A stretch of DNA of 64,000 nucleotides, taken from contig OZ251228.1 in the NCBI GenBank assembly GCA_965240325.2, positions 372,001 through 436,000 on the forward strand, given 5' to 3'. Below the pieces are notes generated by a model. It made no database searches. It was given only the letters and a program-made list of their open reading frames with translations, and was not told the DNA's origin. The first letter of the stretch is position 1; the number at the start of each line of letters is the position of its first letter. Below are positions 1 through 14,051 of this stretch, in pieces. The position numbers were made by a program, and so were the translations under genes. Source of the DNA: Rebecca billardiae RCC1528. Taxonomy: Eukaryota; Protista; Haptophyta.

Positions 1-2325
1 GCGCGCTGGGCCCAGCAGTGCGCTCACAAGCCTCCGCACCGAGAGCACCCGCTGCCCAAGGGCGCGCTTGCCGCGCGCGTGCTGCCCATGCGCCTGCGCT
101 GCCAAGCCCTGCTGCTGCCCATCTGCGGGCGCAGCCTTGGCCGCAGCGGCGGTGGTGTCCGGCGCGGCCGCTGCGGACGCGCTCGCGGCGGCCGCGGCTG
201 CCGCGGCGGCTGCCGCCGGCACCGCTGCGGCGGGCGCCGCGGCGGGCGCCTCCGATCTCGGCAGATCGGCGGCGCGCGCTCGAGACGTCCGCTTGGACGA
301 CGTCCCCGACCTGCGGGCGGCGCGACCGTTGCGGGTCGGAGACCCGCGGCGGGAGCTGCCGCCCGCAGCATCGGCGGCAGCGACCTGGGCCCGCGTCATC
401 TCGCGCATCGCTCGCTCGAGGGCGGAGCGCTGGGTCGTCGTGAGGGCCATGCCGCTCAACCGGCCGTCCCGCGCCTCGGCGATCGCCTCGTCGTGCGCGC
501 GCGCGAGCAGGGCGCGCAGCGCGTCCAGCGTTGGCAGCAGCAGCCGCGCGCGCGTGATCGCTGCGCGCGCGCCACGCACAAAAGCGCCGACCACCGCGCG
601 CACGGCCGCCGCCTCCTCGACGCTGGCGGCGCCGCCCTGCTCCGCGCCGTCGCCGAGCAGCCAGCCGAGCCCGCTCCCGCGCAGCACACCGCTCACCACC
701 TCGGCCGTCGCCTCTGCCACGCCCCCTGCGCTCGCGCCGCCGGCGGCCGCGGCCGCTCCGAGCTCCAGCGCGTCGATCAACTGTGCGTAGCTCTGCCGGT
801 CCGCTCTGCGCTTGAACGCGGGCAGCGCGCGCGCGACGGCCTGGTCGATGGCGACGAGCGGGCGCGACTCGTACGGCGTGAAGAGTAGGTTCTGTGTGTT
901 GCCCCGCCAGCCCAGAGGTCCGACCGTCAGCCGATCCTCGTTCGCAATCGCCATGTCGAAAATGAGAAGCTCGCCAAGCTGCGCGCACACGCGCTCGCGC
1001 AGCGCGAGCGGCGCGGCGTGCTGCTCGCACGCGGCGGCGGCCTCGTCCGAGGCGAGGGAGACGCCGCCGCAGAACTCGAAGAGCAGGAACGCCTTCGACG
1101 AGCGCAGCTCGGACACCAGCAACTCTGCAGCGGTGCGCTCGTCGGCCGCCGCCGCGGCCGCGGCCGCGTGCGCGGGCGCACCGTCGCGCGCCGGCCCCGA
1201 GAGCCGCTCCGCCGCGGCCTCCACCCGGTTCCAGCCCTCCGAGCGTGCGCGGACGAGCTGCGCGTGCGGCGCGCGCACGCCGAGCGGCGCGCACAGCACG
1301 TTGGCCAGCAGCTCGCCCTCCGCCTCCGACGGCGACGCGTCGAACTTGAGGACTGCAAGCCGCTCAGGCAGAGGGCGCGCCCCCCACGCCAGACTGAAGT
1401 GACGCGCGCGCTCGCCGAAGGCGCTGAGGCCAGCGCCGCCGACCCCAGCGGGGAGGGCGGTGCCGCCGGAGCCCGAGAGCGCGCGCCCGCCGCCCGACTT
1501 CGCGCTCGGCGCGAAGCGCAGCATCCCGCCACCTCCGGTCCCGACGACGCTCGCGCGGCCGCCGGGCTTGCGCCCGGCGCCGCCTTTTGCAGCCGCGCTT
1601 GGTCCGGCCGGCGGCGGCGCGAAGAACGCAAAATAGACCGAGCCGCCCGAGTTGATCTGGAAGGTGACGGACGAGCTGACGGTGGAGCTGCGCGGGCGTC
1701 GGTCCGCCGCCGGCGTCGAGCTCGAGCTCGGCACGTCGCCGCCCGCCGCGACAATGGCGAGTGCCTCGGCCATCGCCGCCTCGTGAGGGCTGGCGCCCGC
1801 TGCCGACGGGCCGGGCTGCGTGCTCGTGAGCTCCTCGGTGCGCACGAGGCCGACGAGGTTCTCCCACGGCACCGGTGCGGCGGGGGGCGCGATGGGGAGC
1901 GCCGTTGCCGCGGCCACACGCGATTTGTGCGAGAGCGGCGCGCTCGCGAGCGCCACCGCCATCGATGCGCGCCGCCGCCCGCGCGAATGCGGGCCCACCC
2001 CTGCGGGCGGCGTGGATGGGGGGGAGGGTGACTGCTCCCGCGCGTCGGTGGCCTGCTCAGCGGTCGAGGGTGGCGGGACGATGCTCTTGTGCGAGCGCCA
2101 CAACTGGTGCACCGTCGCCAGGGCCTCCTGCTTGAGCCGCTGCCTGTCGGCGCGCCCGCGCGCGATGCGCTGCACGTGCTGCGCGGCGCGGCGCACGCGG
2201 CTGCGCTTGCGCCTGAGGCGCACGCGTACGGCCCGCTGGATCGTGGCTGCGGCCCGATTGTCCCTTGCGCTCCACCCGTGGAGCAGCTGCGCCACGCACG
2301 GCTGCGCGCGGCGCAGGCAGTCCAT
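1..2325 (-). CDS. PHS1-like protein: two N-terminal IQ motifs plus actin-fragmin-kinase-type atypical kinase domain; 3' end lies outside the window
   Basis: Not in the ORF track because the frame has no stop inside the window. Manual translation from ATG 2325 gives MDCLRRAQP...AAATIQRAVRVRLRRK...AAQHVQRIARGRADR...FQINSGGSVYFAFF...AVLKFDAS...LGELLIFDMAIANEDRLTVGPLGWRGNTQNLLF...LVAIDQ. These match recalled plant PHS1 kinase motifs (VNSGGVVFFALF; LDLVIRNEDRL...WRGNPANLL). Confidence 0.8.
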   Translation of the reverse strand, partial: MDCLRRAQPCVAQLLHGWSARDNRAAATIQRAVRVRLRRKRSRVRRAAQHVQRIARGRADRQRLKQEALATVHQLWRSHKSIVPPPSTAEQATDAREQSPSPPSTPPAGVGPHSRGRRRASMAVALASAPLSHKSRVAAATALPIAPPAAPVPWENLVGLVRTEELTSTQPGPSAAGASPHEAAMAEALAIVAAGGDVPSSSSTPAADRRPRSSTVSSSVTFQINSGGSVYFAFFAPPPAGPSAAAKGGAGRKPGGRASVVGTGGGGMLRFAPSAKSGGGRALSGSGGTALPAGVGGAGLSAFGERARHFSLAWGARPLPERLAVLKFDASPSEAEGELLANVLCAPLGVRAPHAQLVRARSEGWNRVEAAAERLSGPARDGAPAHAAAAAAAADERTAAELLVSELRSSKAFLLFEFCGGVSLASDEAAAACEQHAAPLALRERVCAQLGELLIFDMAIANEDRLTVGPLGWRGNTQNLLFTPYESRPLVAIDQAVARALPAFKRRADRQSYAQLIDALELGAAAAAGGASAGGVAEATAEVVSGVLRGSGLGWLLGDGAEQGGAASVEEAAAVRAVVGAFVRGARAAITRARLLLPTLDALRALLARAHDEAIAEARDGRLSGMALTTTQRSALERAMREMTRAQVAAADAAGGSSRRGSPTRNGRAARRSGTSSKRTSRARAADLPRSEAPAAAPAAAVPAAAAAAAAAAASASAAAAPDTTAAAAKAAPADGQQQGLAAQAHGQHARGKRALGQRVLSVRRLVSALLGPAR

Positions 2326-2666
2326 TATTGGGGACTGACTGACTGCAACTCTGCATCAAGCGCAAGGCTGCTCCCCTTTTGAGCTTGCCGCCCCGGCCGG
2401 GCGGGCGGCCGCCCCCCGGCCGGGGCGGGCCGGTTTTAATTTCTAATTGACGATGGTCGTTGTTATTGCCAAAAGCCCAATAAACATATCATATTGGGAG
2501 GGCACGGTGGTACTCGGCATAACGGAGATTCCTTCCAGATATGTTCGTATGGGCCTATGTGGGTATTTTCGTGTGCTCAGCACAGGCGGCAAAAGTGTTT
2601 TCCGCAGTACAAGGAACCCCCTTGGTCGGCAAGAAAGCCAAGGTCGCTGGGCTCAACGGTACGACG

Positions 2667-3863
2667 ATGGCGAAGCACGGCGCCTCCACTGTGATGCCGG
2701 CGGTGCTGTTAGCGGTGGTGCTGGCGGGGCGCGCGCAGGCCGACGCGCCGGCGCCCACGCCACCCATCCAGCCAGAGCACATCGTCCACGTCCACATCCC
2801 CAAAACTGCCGGCACAAGCGTGCGCATCACGCTCGGCCAGCTCGCTGAGCGGCACCACGTGCACAAGGTGACCTCAGAGGAGTCGTGCTTCCGCAACCTG
2901 TACGCGCCGGGAGCGCACGTGGCGCACATGACGTTCCTGCGCTCGCCTCGTGCGCACGTCTTCTCGCAGTACCTGCACTGCAAGTATAAGCACTGCTCGG
3001 GCAAGCGCTGCCGAACCAACGAGACAGAGCCGCGCCGGCCGCAGGGCTTCCCCGCGGGCGCGAGCGACACGGAGGGGTTCGCCGAGTGGGTGCGCTTCTT
3101 CGACGGCGGATCGTGGACGCCCGAGAAGGGCGATATCGGCTGCTACAACCCGTACAACATGCAGGCGCGCCGCCTCACCTGCACCAACGACGCGTTCGTC
3201 TTCCCCAACCTGACCGCGTGCTCGGCCACCGAGCGGCGAGACCCGCGCAACGCGTGCACGGACGCTGCCAACCACGTCTTCGCCGACGCCGGAGCGCTCG
3301 AGGCGCGCGAGCCGCCGTTCGAGGCGGTTGCGGACGCGCTCGCCAAGCACGAGCTCGTCGGCCTCACCGAGCTCTACTTCGAGTCGATGTGCATCTTCCG
3401 GTACCGAATGTTTGGCGTGCTGCCGGCCGGCTGCGCGTGTGCTGAGCGAGAGGAAGGAGCCGGCTCGGGTGGGCACAACAAGAGCCCGCACGGCGGCGCG
3501 TCGAGGCGCGCGGGCAGCCTGGCGCCGGACGTGGCGCGGCGCGTCGACGCGCTCACCCGCGTTGACGCGAAGCTGTACGCCGCCGCCGCCGTCCGCTTCG
3601 TGCATGAGCTACGCGCGGTCGAGGCGGAGACGGGCAAGCCGCTGCTCTGCGCGCCGCTGCCCGGCGCCGTGCGTGATGCGCTCCCGGCGAGGCCGGCGGT
3701 CTATGCCGGGATGGCGGCGCTGGGGCTGGTCGGGCTACTGTGCGTGAGTAAGGCGCTCGCCGTGTGCTGCCGCCGGATGCACTACTCCTCGATCGCCGGC
3801 GCTGCCCTCGCCGCGGACGACGCGGCCATGGTCGAGGCGGGCGGAGCTACTGACGACTTCTGA
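2667..3863 (+). CDS. Sulfotransferase-family protein with signal peptide and C-terminal hydrophobic helix
   Basis: 5'-PSB motif HVHIPKTAGTS and 3'-PB motif TFLRSPRAHVFSQY; hydrophobic N-terminus after ATG 2667; C-terminal MAALGLVGLLCVSKALAVCC. ORF track start 2541 is probably too long. Confidence 0.8.
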   Translation: MAKHGASTVMPAVLLAVVLAGRAQADAPAPTPPIQPEHIVHVHIPKTAGTSVRITLGQLAERHHVHKVTSEESCFRNLYAPGAHVAHMTFLRSPRAHVFSQYLHCKYKHCSGKRCRTNETEPRRPQGFPAGASDTEGFAEWVRFFDGGSWTPEKGDIGCYNPYNMQARRLTCTNDAFVFPNLTACSATERRDPRNACTDAANHVFADAGALEAREPPFEAVADALAKHELVGLTELYFESMCIFRYRMFGVLPAGCACAEREEGAGSGGHNKSPHGGASRRAGSLAPDVARRVDALTRVDAKLYAAAAVRFVHELRAVEAETGKPLLCAPLPGAVRDALPARPAVYAGMAALGLVGLLCVSKALAVCCRRMHYSSIAGAALAADDAAMVEAGGATDDF

Positions 3864-4279
3864 CCGCCTGTCGCCTCCCGCCTGGTTGCCGCAATCATCA
3901 GCGGCGCCACTGACGGGCGACTCCCAGGACGAGGCACGCCGCTGGCGGCAGAGGAGCGCGCCGTCGATTCGATGATGCGCCAGTGCCCAGCTCGCCGGCG
4001 CCGCCACTGGCGGCGACCAGCTCTGCCTCTTGGCCTTGCCGCCGGAGAGGCTCGATCCGGTCACTCACTCACTGACACTGTCCGGGACGTCCAGCACGGG
4101 CGGCAGGGGGGGTGGTCGGGGGGCGGGAGGGGGGGGGGGGGGGGGGCTCCCCCCAGCCGATCGAAGGACCATCGATCTACTTATATTAAAATACGTACGG
4201 TAACGGTGCGGGTGGCGCACTACTGTGCCTGACTCCTATAGCTGGAATCGGTATATAAACCGTCGGCGGCGGATAATTA

Positions 4280-5723
4280 TGGCCCGCGGTGCAGGGCGGA
4301 GCGCGCAGCGTGGAGCCCGCACCAGCGGGCCCGAACCACGTTTCAAAAAGATCGTTGATCAAGAAAAAAGGGACGGGGGGCGATTTTTTTGGGCTGGAGG
4401 AGACCGAGTGGCGAGTTTCGATTTTGAGACTCCCTTACAGGTGCATTAGCGTCGAAAAAGGGCGCGTCCGCCATCTTGAATAGTGAACAGAGGAATCAAC
4501 GAAACCCACGCCCAAGTGCGCCAGGCAGGGTAATTGTGGGTAGCCTCTCGTTCATGTGTGACCATAGTAATAAATAAATATGGCCTCGCCGCCGCAACGA
4601 CTCTCATCGTATTTATCTTCACCGCGGGCCATAATGTATCGTAGTACCCGCGTATGCCGAAAGCTGGGATTGCAGAGGAAGCGGGTCGCGTATGACCGGA
4701 CTCTTTTAGTTTGCCTCCGCCTTGATGAATATGAACTTGGCTTCGCGGCGGTTGGTATCTAGAGTCTAAAACCCGCAAGCCTTATTGAAAATACCCGCGC
4801 AGCTATTCGTTGCCAGCCCATTCCATAGTCACTGACTTACCGAGCTGGCGAGCTCAAAACCTGCCGCCGTCGCAAGGACGACGTGTGCAGGTTTCTTCGT
4901 TCGGGGGTGGCGAGCGAGCCGCGACGACTCTTGGTTGGTCCGCAAGGGGGCGCTCGATGGGCAGGTGCGCGTGGCGAGTGCCGAGTGGCGCCTGGAGCGC
5001 GCGTCTGCGGCGGGTCCCGACGGCCGTCGACATCGCGTTCGTGCCCGCTCACTAGTCACTCCGCACGCCCCTGCCGCGCCCTGTCGATGCCTGCGCGGCC
5101 GGCCGCGCGGCCGTGCCGCCGCCGCCGCAGCCGCCGCCCTGTGTTCGGGCTCTCGCAAGCTCGGGGGCAGCGGCGCATGATGCCGGACTGATCGATCTCT
5201 GAGTCTCCGACTTCACCACACGCCCCCCTTGCCATGCCTCTCCGCCAGGGTCTCCCATCGGAACTCTTCTTCAGAGCAGGCGCAAGTCGAACTCGGAACT
5301 GGCCGCGGCCCCGCGCGCCGTCGGCTCCCCGTGGCTGTCAGCTCCGCGTGGCCTGGGCGCCTGGCGTGCCCAGAGCTGGCCGTGCCTCTGCGACGCGTGC
5401 CGAGCCTGACCGAGGTGTGTCACCCCGTGCACGCGCGGCGCGCGCAAGCACCGGTGCTGCATGGCTGCTCGCACCGTGCTCCCTGGCTCGCGGTCAGTCA
5501 GCTCGGCCGCGTGGTGCCTGGTGTGCACGTAGAGTCGCGCTCATGCGTCGCTCACGCCTCGCGCCCGCCTGTCGGCCGTCGCGCAGGCGCGCAGGTCGAA
5601 CCCTACTGACCTGCAGATCATCTACTCCTGCGCTGCTGGCGTCGCGGCGACGACGGTCAGCGGCAGGCCCGAACGAACGGTCGAATCCGCGCGGTCCCGC
5701 GCCGTCCGGCTCCCTGGCTGTCA
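4280..5723 (+). mobile_element. Family A non-autonomous element, 3'-truncated copy (A1)
   Basis: Begins tta|TGGCCCGCGGTGCAGGGCGG like the other copies; near-perfect inverted match to 6039-7475; stops at internal GGCTGTCA|TT, which mimics the true end GGTCA|T. Confidence 0.8.
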
Positions 5724-5732
5724 TTATAATAA

Positions 5733-7475
5733 TGACCGCGTTCCGCGGTCCTTTTCCGTAGAACGAACGTAGTTCGGGGCCCGCGGTGGCGGTGCACCCT
5801 CCGTCGCAGTCGTCCCGTACACGTGTAACTAGACTCCATCCAGCGGCGCGCCGCCCAGCGCCGCGCCGCCGCCGGCGTGCGCCGAGTGTGGACTGTCGGT
5901 CGTCAGCCGAGCTGCCCTCATCACAGACGGCCCTTACCTGACCCCCTGCGCGTGCGCGACGGCCGACAGGCGGATGCGACTCGGCGTGATCGACGCACGA
6001 GCGCGACTCTTGCACGCCAGGCCACCGGCGGAGCTGACTGACAGCCAGGGAGCCGGACGGCGCGGGACCGCGCGGATTCGACCGTTCGTTCGGGCCTGCC
6101 GCTGACCGTCGTCGCCGCGACGCCAGCAGCGCAGGAGTAGATGATCTGCAGGTCAGTAGGGTTCGACCTGCGCGCCTGCGCGACGGCCGACAGGCGGGCG
6201 CGAGGCGTGAGCGACGCATGAGCGCGACTCTACGTGCACACCAGGCACCACGCGGCCGAGCTGACTGACCGCGAGCCAGGGAGCACGGTGCGAGCAGCCA
6301 TGCAGCACCGGTGCTTGCGCGCGCCGCGCGTGCACGGGGTGACACACCTCGGTCAGGCTCGGCACGCGTCGCAGAGGCACGGCCAGCTCTGGGCACGCCA
6401 GGCGCCCAGGCCACGCGGAGCTGACAGCCACGGGGAGCCGACGGCGCGCGGGGCCGCGGCCAGTTCCGAGTTCGACTTGCGCCTGCTCTGAAGAAGAGTT
6501 CCGATGGGAGACCCTGGCGGAGAGGCATGGCAAGGGGGGCGTGTGGTGAAGTCGGAGACTCAGAGATCGATCAGTCCGGCATCATGCGCCGCTGCCCCCG
6601 AGCTTGCGAGAGCCCGAACACAGGGCGGCGGCTGCGGCGGCGGCGGCACGGCCGCGCGGCCGGCCGCGCAGGCATCGACAGGGCGCGGCAGGGGCGTGCG
6701 GAGTGACTAGTGAGCGGGCACGAACGCGATGTCGACGGCCGTCGGGACCCGCCGCAGACGCGCGCTCCAGGCGCCACTCGGCACTCGCCACGCGCACCTG
6801 CCCATCGAGCGCCCCCTTGCGGACCAACCAAGAGTCGTCGCGGCTCGCTCGCCACCCCCGAACGAAGAAACCTGCACACGTCGTCCTTGCGACGGCGGCA
6901 GGTTTTGAGCTCGCCAGCTCGGTAAGTCAGTGACTATGGAATGGGCTGGCAACGAATAGCTGCGCGGGTATTTTCAATAAGGCTTGCGGGTTTTAGACTC
7001 TAGATACCAACCGCCGCGAAGCCAAGTTCATATTCATCAAGGCGGAGGCAAACTAAAAGAGTCCGGTCATACGCGACCCGCTTCCTCTGCAATCCCAGCT
7101 TTCGGCATACGCGGGTACTACGATACATTATGGCCCGCGGTGAAGATAAATACGATGAGAGTCGTTGCGGCGGCGAGGCCATATTTATTTATTACTATGG
7201 TCACACATGAACGAAAGGCTACCCACAATTACCCTGCCTGGCGCACTTGGGCGTGGGTTTCGTTGATTCCTCTGTTCACTATTCAAGACGGCGGACGCGC
7301 CCTTTTTCGACGCTAATGCACCTGTAAGGGAGTCTCAAAATCGAAACTCGGTCTCCTCCAGCCCTAAAAAATCGCCCCCCGTCCCTTTTTTCTTGATCAA
7401 CGATCTTTTTGAAACGTGGTTCGGGCCCGCTGGTGCGGGCTCCACGCTGCGCGCTCCGCCCTGCACCGCGGGCCA
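5733..7475 (-). mobile_element. Family A non-autonomous element, complete copy (A2)
   Basis: 5' end TGGCCCGCGGTGCA at 7475; subterminal inverted arm near 5778-5788; terminal hairpin GACCGCG-TTC-CGCGGTC at 5734-5750 (plus strand). Confidence 0.85.
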
Positions 7476-7519
7476 TTACGGCGGAAGGCGCATATCACTC
7501 TACAATTATAATTATAAGG

Positions 7520-7607
7520 CGCAGACGACGCATTCTCTGTGTTACTGTCTGCTGCACTCTGAGCCGCTGACGCTTGCTGCATGTTGCATGCCACGTCGAT
7601 CGTTTAA
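7520..7607 (+). repeat. Short fragment of the repeat ending ...CCACGTCG(..)TTAA (family D, probable non-LTR 3' UTR)
   Basis: Similar to 53080-53157 and, inverted, to 20332-20406 and 20436-20494; always next to a microsatellite. Confidence 0.55.

Positions 7608-11583
<3,976 letters not shown>

Positions 11584-11648
<65 letters not shown>
11584..11648. repeat. (GA)n microsatellite, right part
   Basis: Seen directly. Confidence 0.95.
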
Positions 11649-11651
<3 letters not shown>

Positions 11652-11947
11652 TTCCACATTAGTCCTCTGACTCACTGCTGGGCGGTCTGAGGAGCTGCAG
11701 CCCGAAGCGGAAGCAGCCAAGCTCGTGCACGAGCTCGCGCGACTGCGCATGCCCGCGCTGAGTTGCATGCGCCGTCGCGCGGATGGCGGCGTTGCGAGTG
11801 GTCCCGCCTGATTTGAGATCATCGCCGTCGTCCCCCTCATCAGATGAGTGAGTCATCACCCATCAGAATGCCAGGATATGCGCGATCGCAGCGCGCGCGC
11901 AGGCGCCTGCTTGGCGGAGGCGCGGGATCGGGGACGTGGCGTGGCTC

Positions 11948-13427
11948 CTACTTGCGCTGCAGCGCCTTATTCAGGGCGTTGAAGAGCTGCTCGGCCTCGG
12001 CGGACGTCTTCATGCGCAGCAGCACCTGGAAGCTGCTTGGCGCGACGCTCTCAACCGGCACGCCGCCCGGATGCCCGATTGACGAAATCCGGACCGAGGT
12101 GTCGCTCGCTCGCTGCGGCGGCGGCAGCTCGGCGAGGAGCGGCGCGTTGAGGACGAGCCTGCGGGAGCGGCCGGTTGGGGTGCGCGGGGCGGCGGGTGAG
12201 CGGCAGCGCACGCCCAGTGTAGCGCGCGCGCGAGCCGCGCGGCGCACCTGCCCACATGCTCGACACGCATGACGAGACGAGGCGGCCGTGAGGGCGGCGC
12301 TGCAGCCTTGTGCGCGCCCGCGCCAGGCTTGAACTCAGCGGCGGCTGCGTTCGCGCCGACCTTGGGCACGTTGAGGTGCACCTGGCCCACCCCGCGTTCC
12401 GCCCAGCGCGCCGGGGCAGCGCCTCTACTCGCCGAGTCGCACGCCTCGCCGGCGCCGCCAGCCGGGCTCTTGGCGGGCGTCGAGGTGGCAGCCGCTCCTG
12501 GCGCCGCCTCAGTGGCCGGTGCCGCCGCCGAGTTGTCGTCAGCGTCACCGCCGGCTGGCCTCTTCTCCGCCTCGGCGGCCAAAGGCTCGAGGACGAAGAG
12601 CTTCGCGCGCACCTTGTGGATCACCTGCTCGTCCTCCTCGCCCGTCACTGTCTCGACCAGCGGAAGCTTGGGCGCTGCGACAATTGGAACCTCCTCGGCC
12701 GCAGCGCCGTCATCGCCGCCATCGTCACCGCCCGCGTCCTCGCCGTCGGCTGCGGGCGAGCCCGCCGCGCTCTTCCACGGCGGGAAGGACGAGATCTTCT
12801 TCCCCGCGCCATCGACGGCAGGAGCGCCCGCCGCCGAGGCGAGCGCCGCGAATGATGACGCCGCGTTCTGGCTGGCCAGGCCGCCGAAGCCGCCTCCGCC
12901 TCCGGCAGTCGACCAAACGCAGCTGCTGCCGCCGCCGCCGCCGGCCGCCGCGCTGCCCGTGCAGAACCCGCCAGCCGAGGGCGCGGGGGCCGGCGGGGAC
13001 TTACTCGTCTGCATGGGCGGTAGCGAGAAGGAGAAGGGCTGCTGCGCGCTCAGCGACCACGTGCAACCCGCAGCGGCCGGCGCGCCCGCCGCAGCAGACG
13101 ACGCTTTGCCAAACGCAGCCGCGGCCGCGGCAAACGGGTTGGGCGCCGAGGGCTCGGCAGGGTTCGGCGATGGGCCGGGACGATGTGCCTGTGCACACGC
13201 GAGTCGAGTCGGCCGCACGGGGCGCGTGCATGTTAGCTCTGGGCGCGCCACGAGGCGTAGGCGTGCCGAGCGGCATACAGCAGCGGTTCAGCACGCACCT
13301 TCACGATTCGCCTCTGTGCGAGCACGTCGGGGGTGGCTGACTCCCACGTGCCAGCAGGCTCGCTTGGTGCGTCCTCCTCCTTCTCCGCGGTCAGCTGCGT
13401 GAGCTGCTTCTCAGACGTGCGCTTCAT
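11948..13427 (-). CDS. NUP50: Nucleoporin NUP50/Nup2-like protein (3 exons)
   Basis: N-terminal MKRTSEKQLTQ...GTWESATPDVLAQRRIVK (NUP50 importin-alpha-binding domain); F/FG-rich middle; RanBD motifs VTGEEDE..VRAKLF..WAERGVGQVHLN..RLVMR..|LVLNAPL; introns ~13299-13190 and ~12248-12159. Confidence 0.85.
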
Positions 13428-13706
13428 GCCGGCGTTCAGGGTTCGCCGCCCGCCCGTCGGGCCCTCGTTGCAGGCTGAGCTCGTGAGCAGCCGCGGTCGC
13501 GACCGCTGCCGACCGGGAAGCAGTCCGGCTTCGGCGGTCACTGGAATGGCGCGGCAACCTGCTCACTGCCACCGTGAGCCCTGTACGCACGTTAAAACAA
13601 ATAAACTGTACCCGGTACCATTCCGCACTACCTCTCGGCTCTCGATCGGCACTGTACCCGGACCTGGTAGATCGAGCGACGCCATCGCGCAGCGCTTTCT
13701 GCCGGT

Positions 13707-14051
13707 ATGAGCAGCGAGCTCGCCCGACAGTTCCACGAGCTGCAGGAGAAGAAGGCGCACATCGAGGAGGAGCTCGATCGCGTCGAGAAGCAGATTTACG
13801 ACCTCGAGGGCGTCTACCTTGAGGAGACGCTGGTGAACGGCAACATTCTGCGCGGCTGGGACGGATACCTCGGCACTCAGAACAGCTCGGGCGCCATCCG
13901 GCGGATAAACCGCTTTCGCGAGTCGGACCGGCTCTTCTCGGCGTCGTCGGTCACGTCAAATGCCGTCGCTGCGGGGAACAAGGCCGCAGCTGCCGCCGGC
14001 GGCGCTGTCAAGTTGAAAGACAAGCGCAAGCGAGGGCGCGACGACGAGTAG
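13707..14051 (+). CDS. EAF6: NuA4 histone acetyltransferase subunit Eaf6/MEAF6
   Basis: EKQIYDLEGVYLEET..GNILRGWDGYL...ESDRLFSASSVTS is the Eaf6 signature; divergent from NUP50 across 280 bp. Confidence 0.92.
   Translation: MSSELARQFHELQEKKAHIEEELDRVEKQIYDLEGVYLEETLVNGNILRGWDGYLGTQNSSGAIRRINRFRESDRLFSASSVTSNAVAAGNKAAAAAGGAVKLKDKRKRGRDDE

Noticed and set aside
18-2382. Many long plus-strand and alternative-frame ORFs here and throughout the window
   Set aside because: They are Arg/Ala/Pro-rich shadow frames caused by stop-codon scarcity at very high GC; the coding frame here is the unlisted minus frame.
4105-4155. G-run with G-quadruplex potential or a TE end
   Set aside because: No partner end or second copy was found, G4-capable runs are common at this GC content, and homopolymer length may be unreliable.
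4280-7475. Single PIF/Harbinger or foldback element with 1.4-kb TIRs and a TTA TSD
   Set aside because: The right arm plus spacer is a complete family A monomer matching the stand-alone copies at 17.9 and 29.7 kb, and the 17.9-kb copy has no 3-bp TSD. The TTA match can be explained by the AT-rich target preference.
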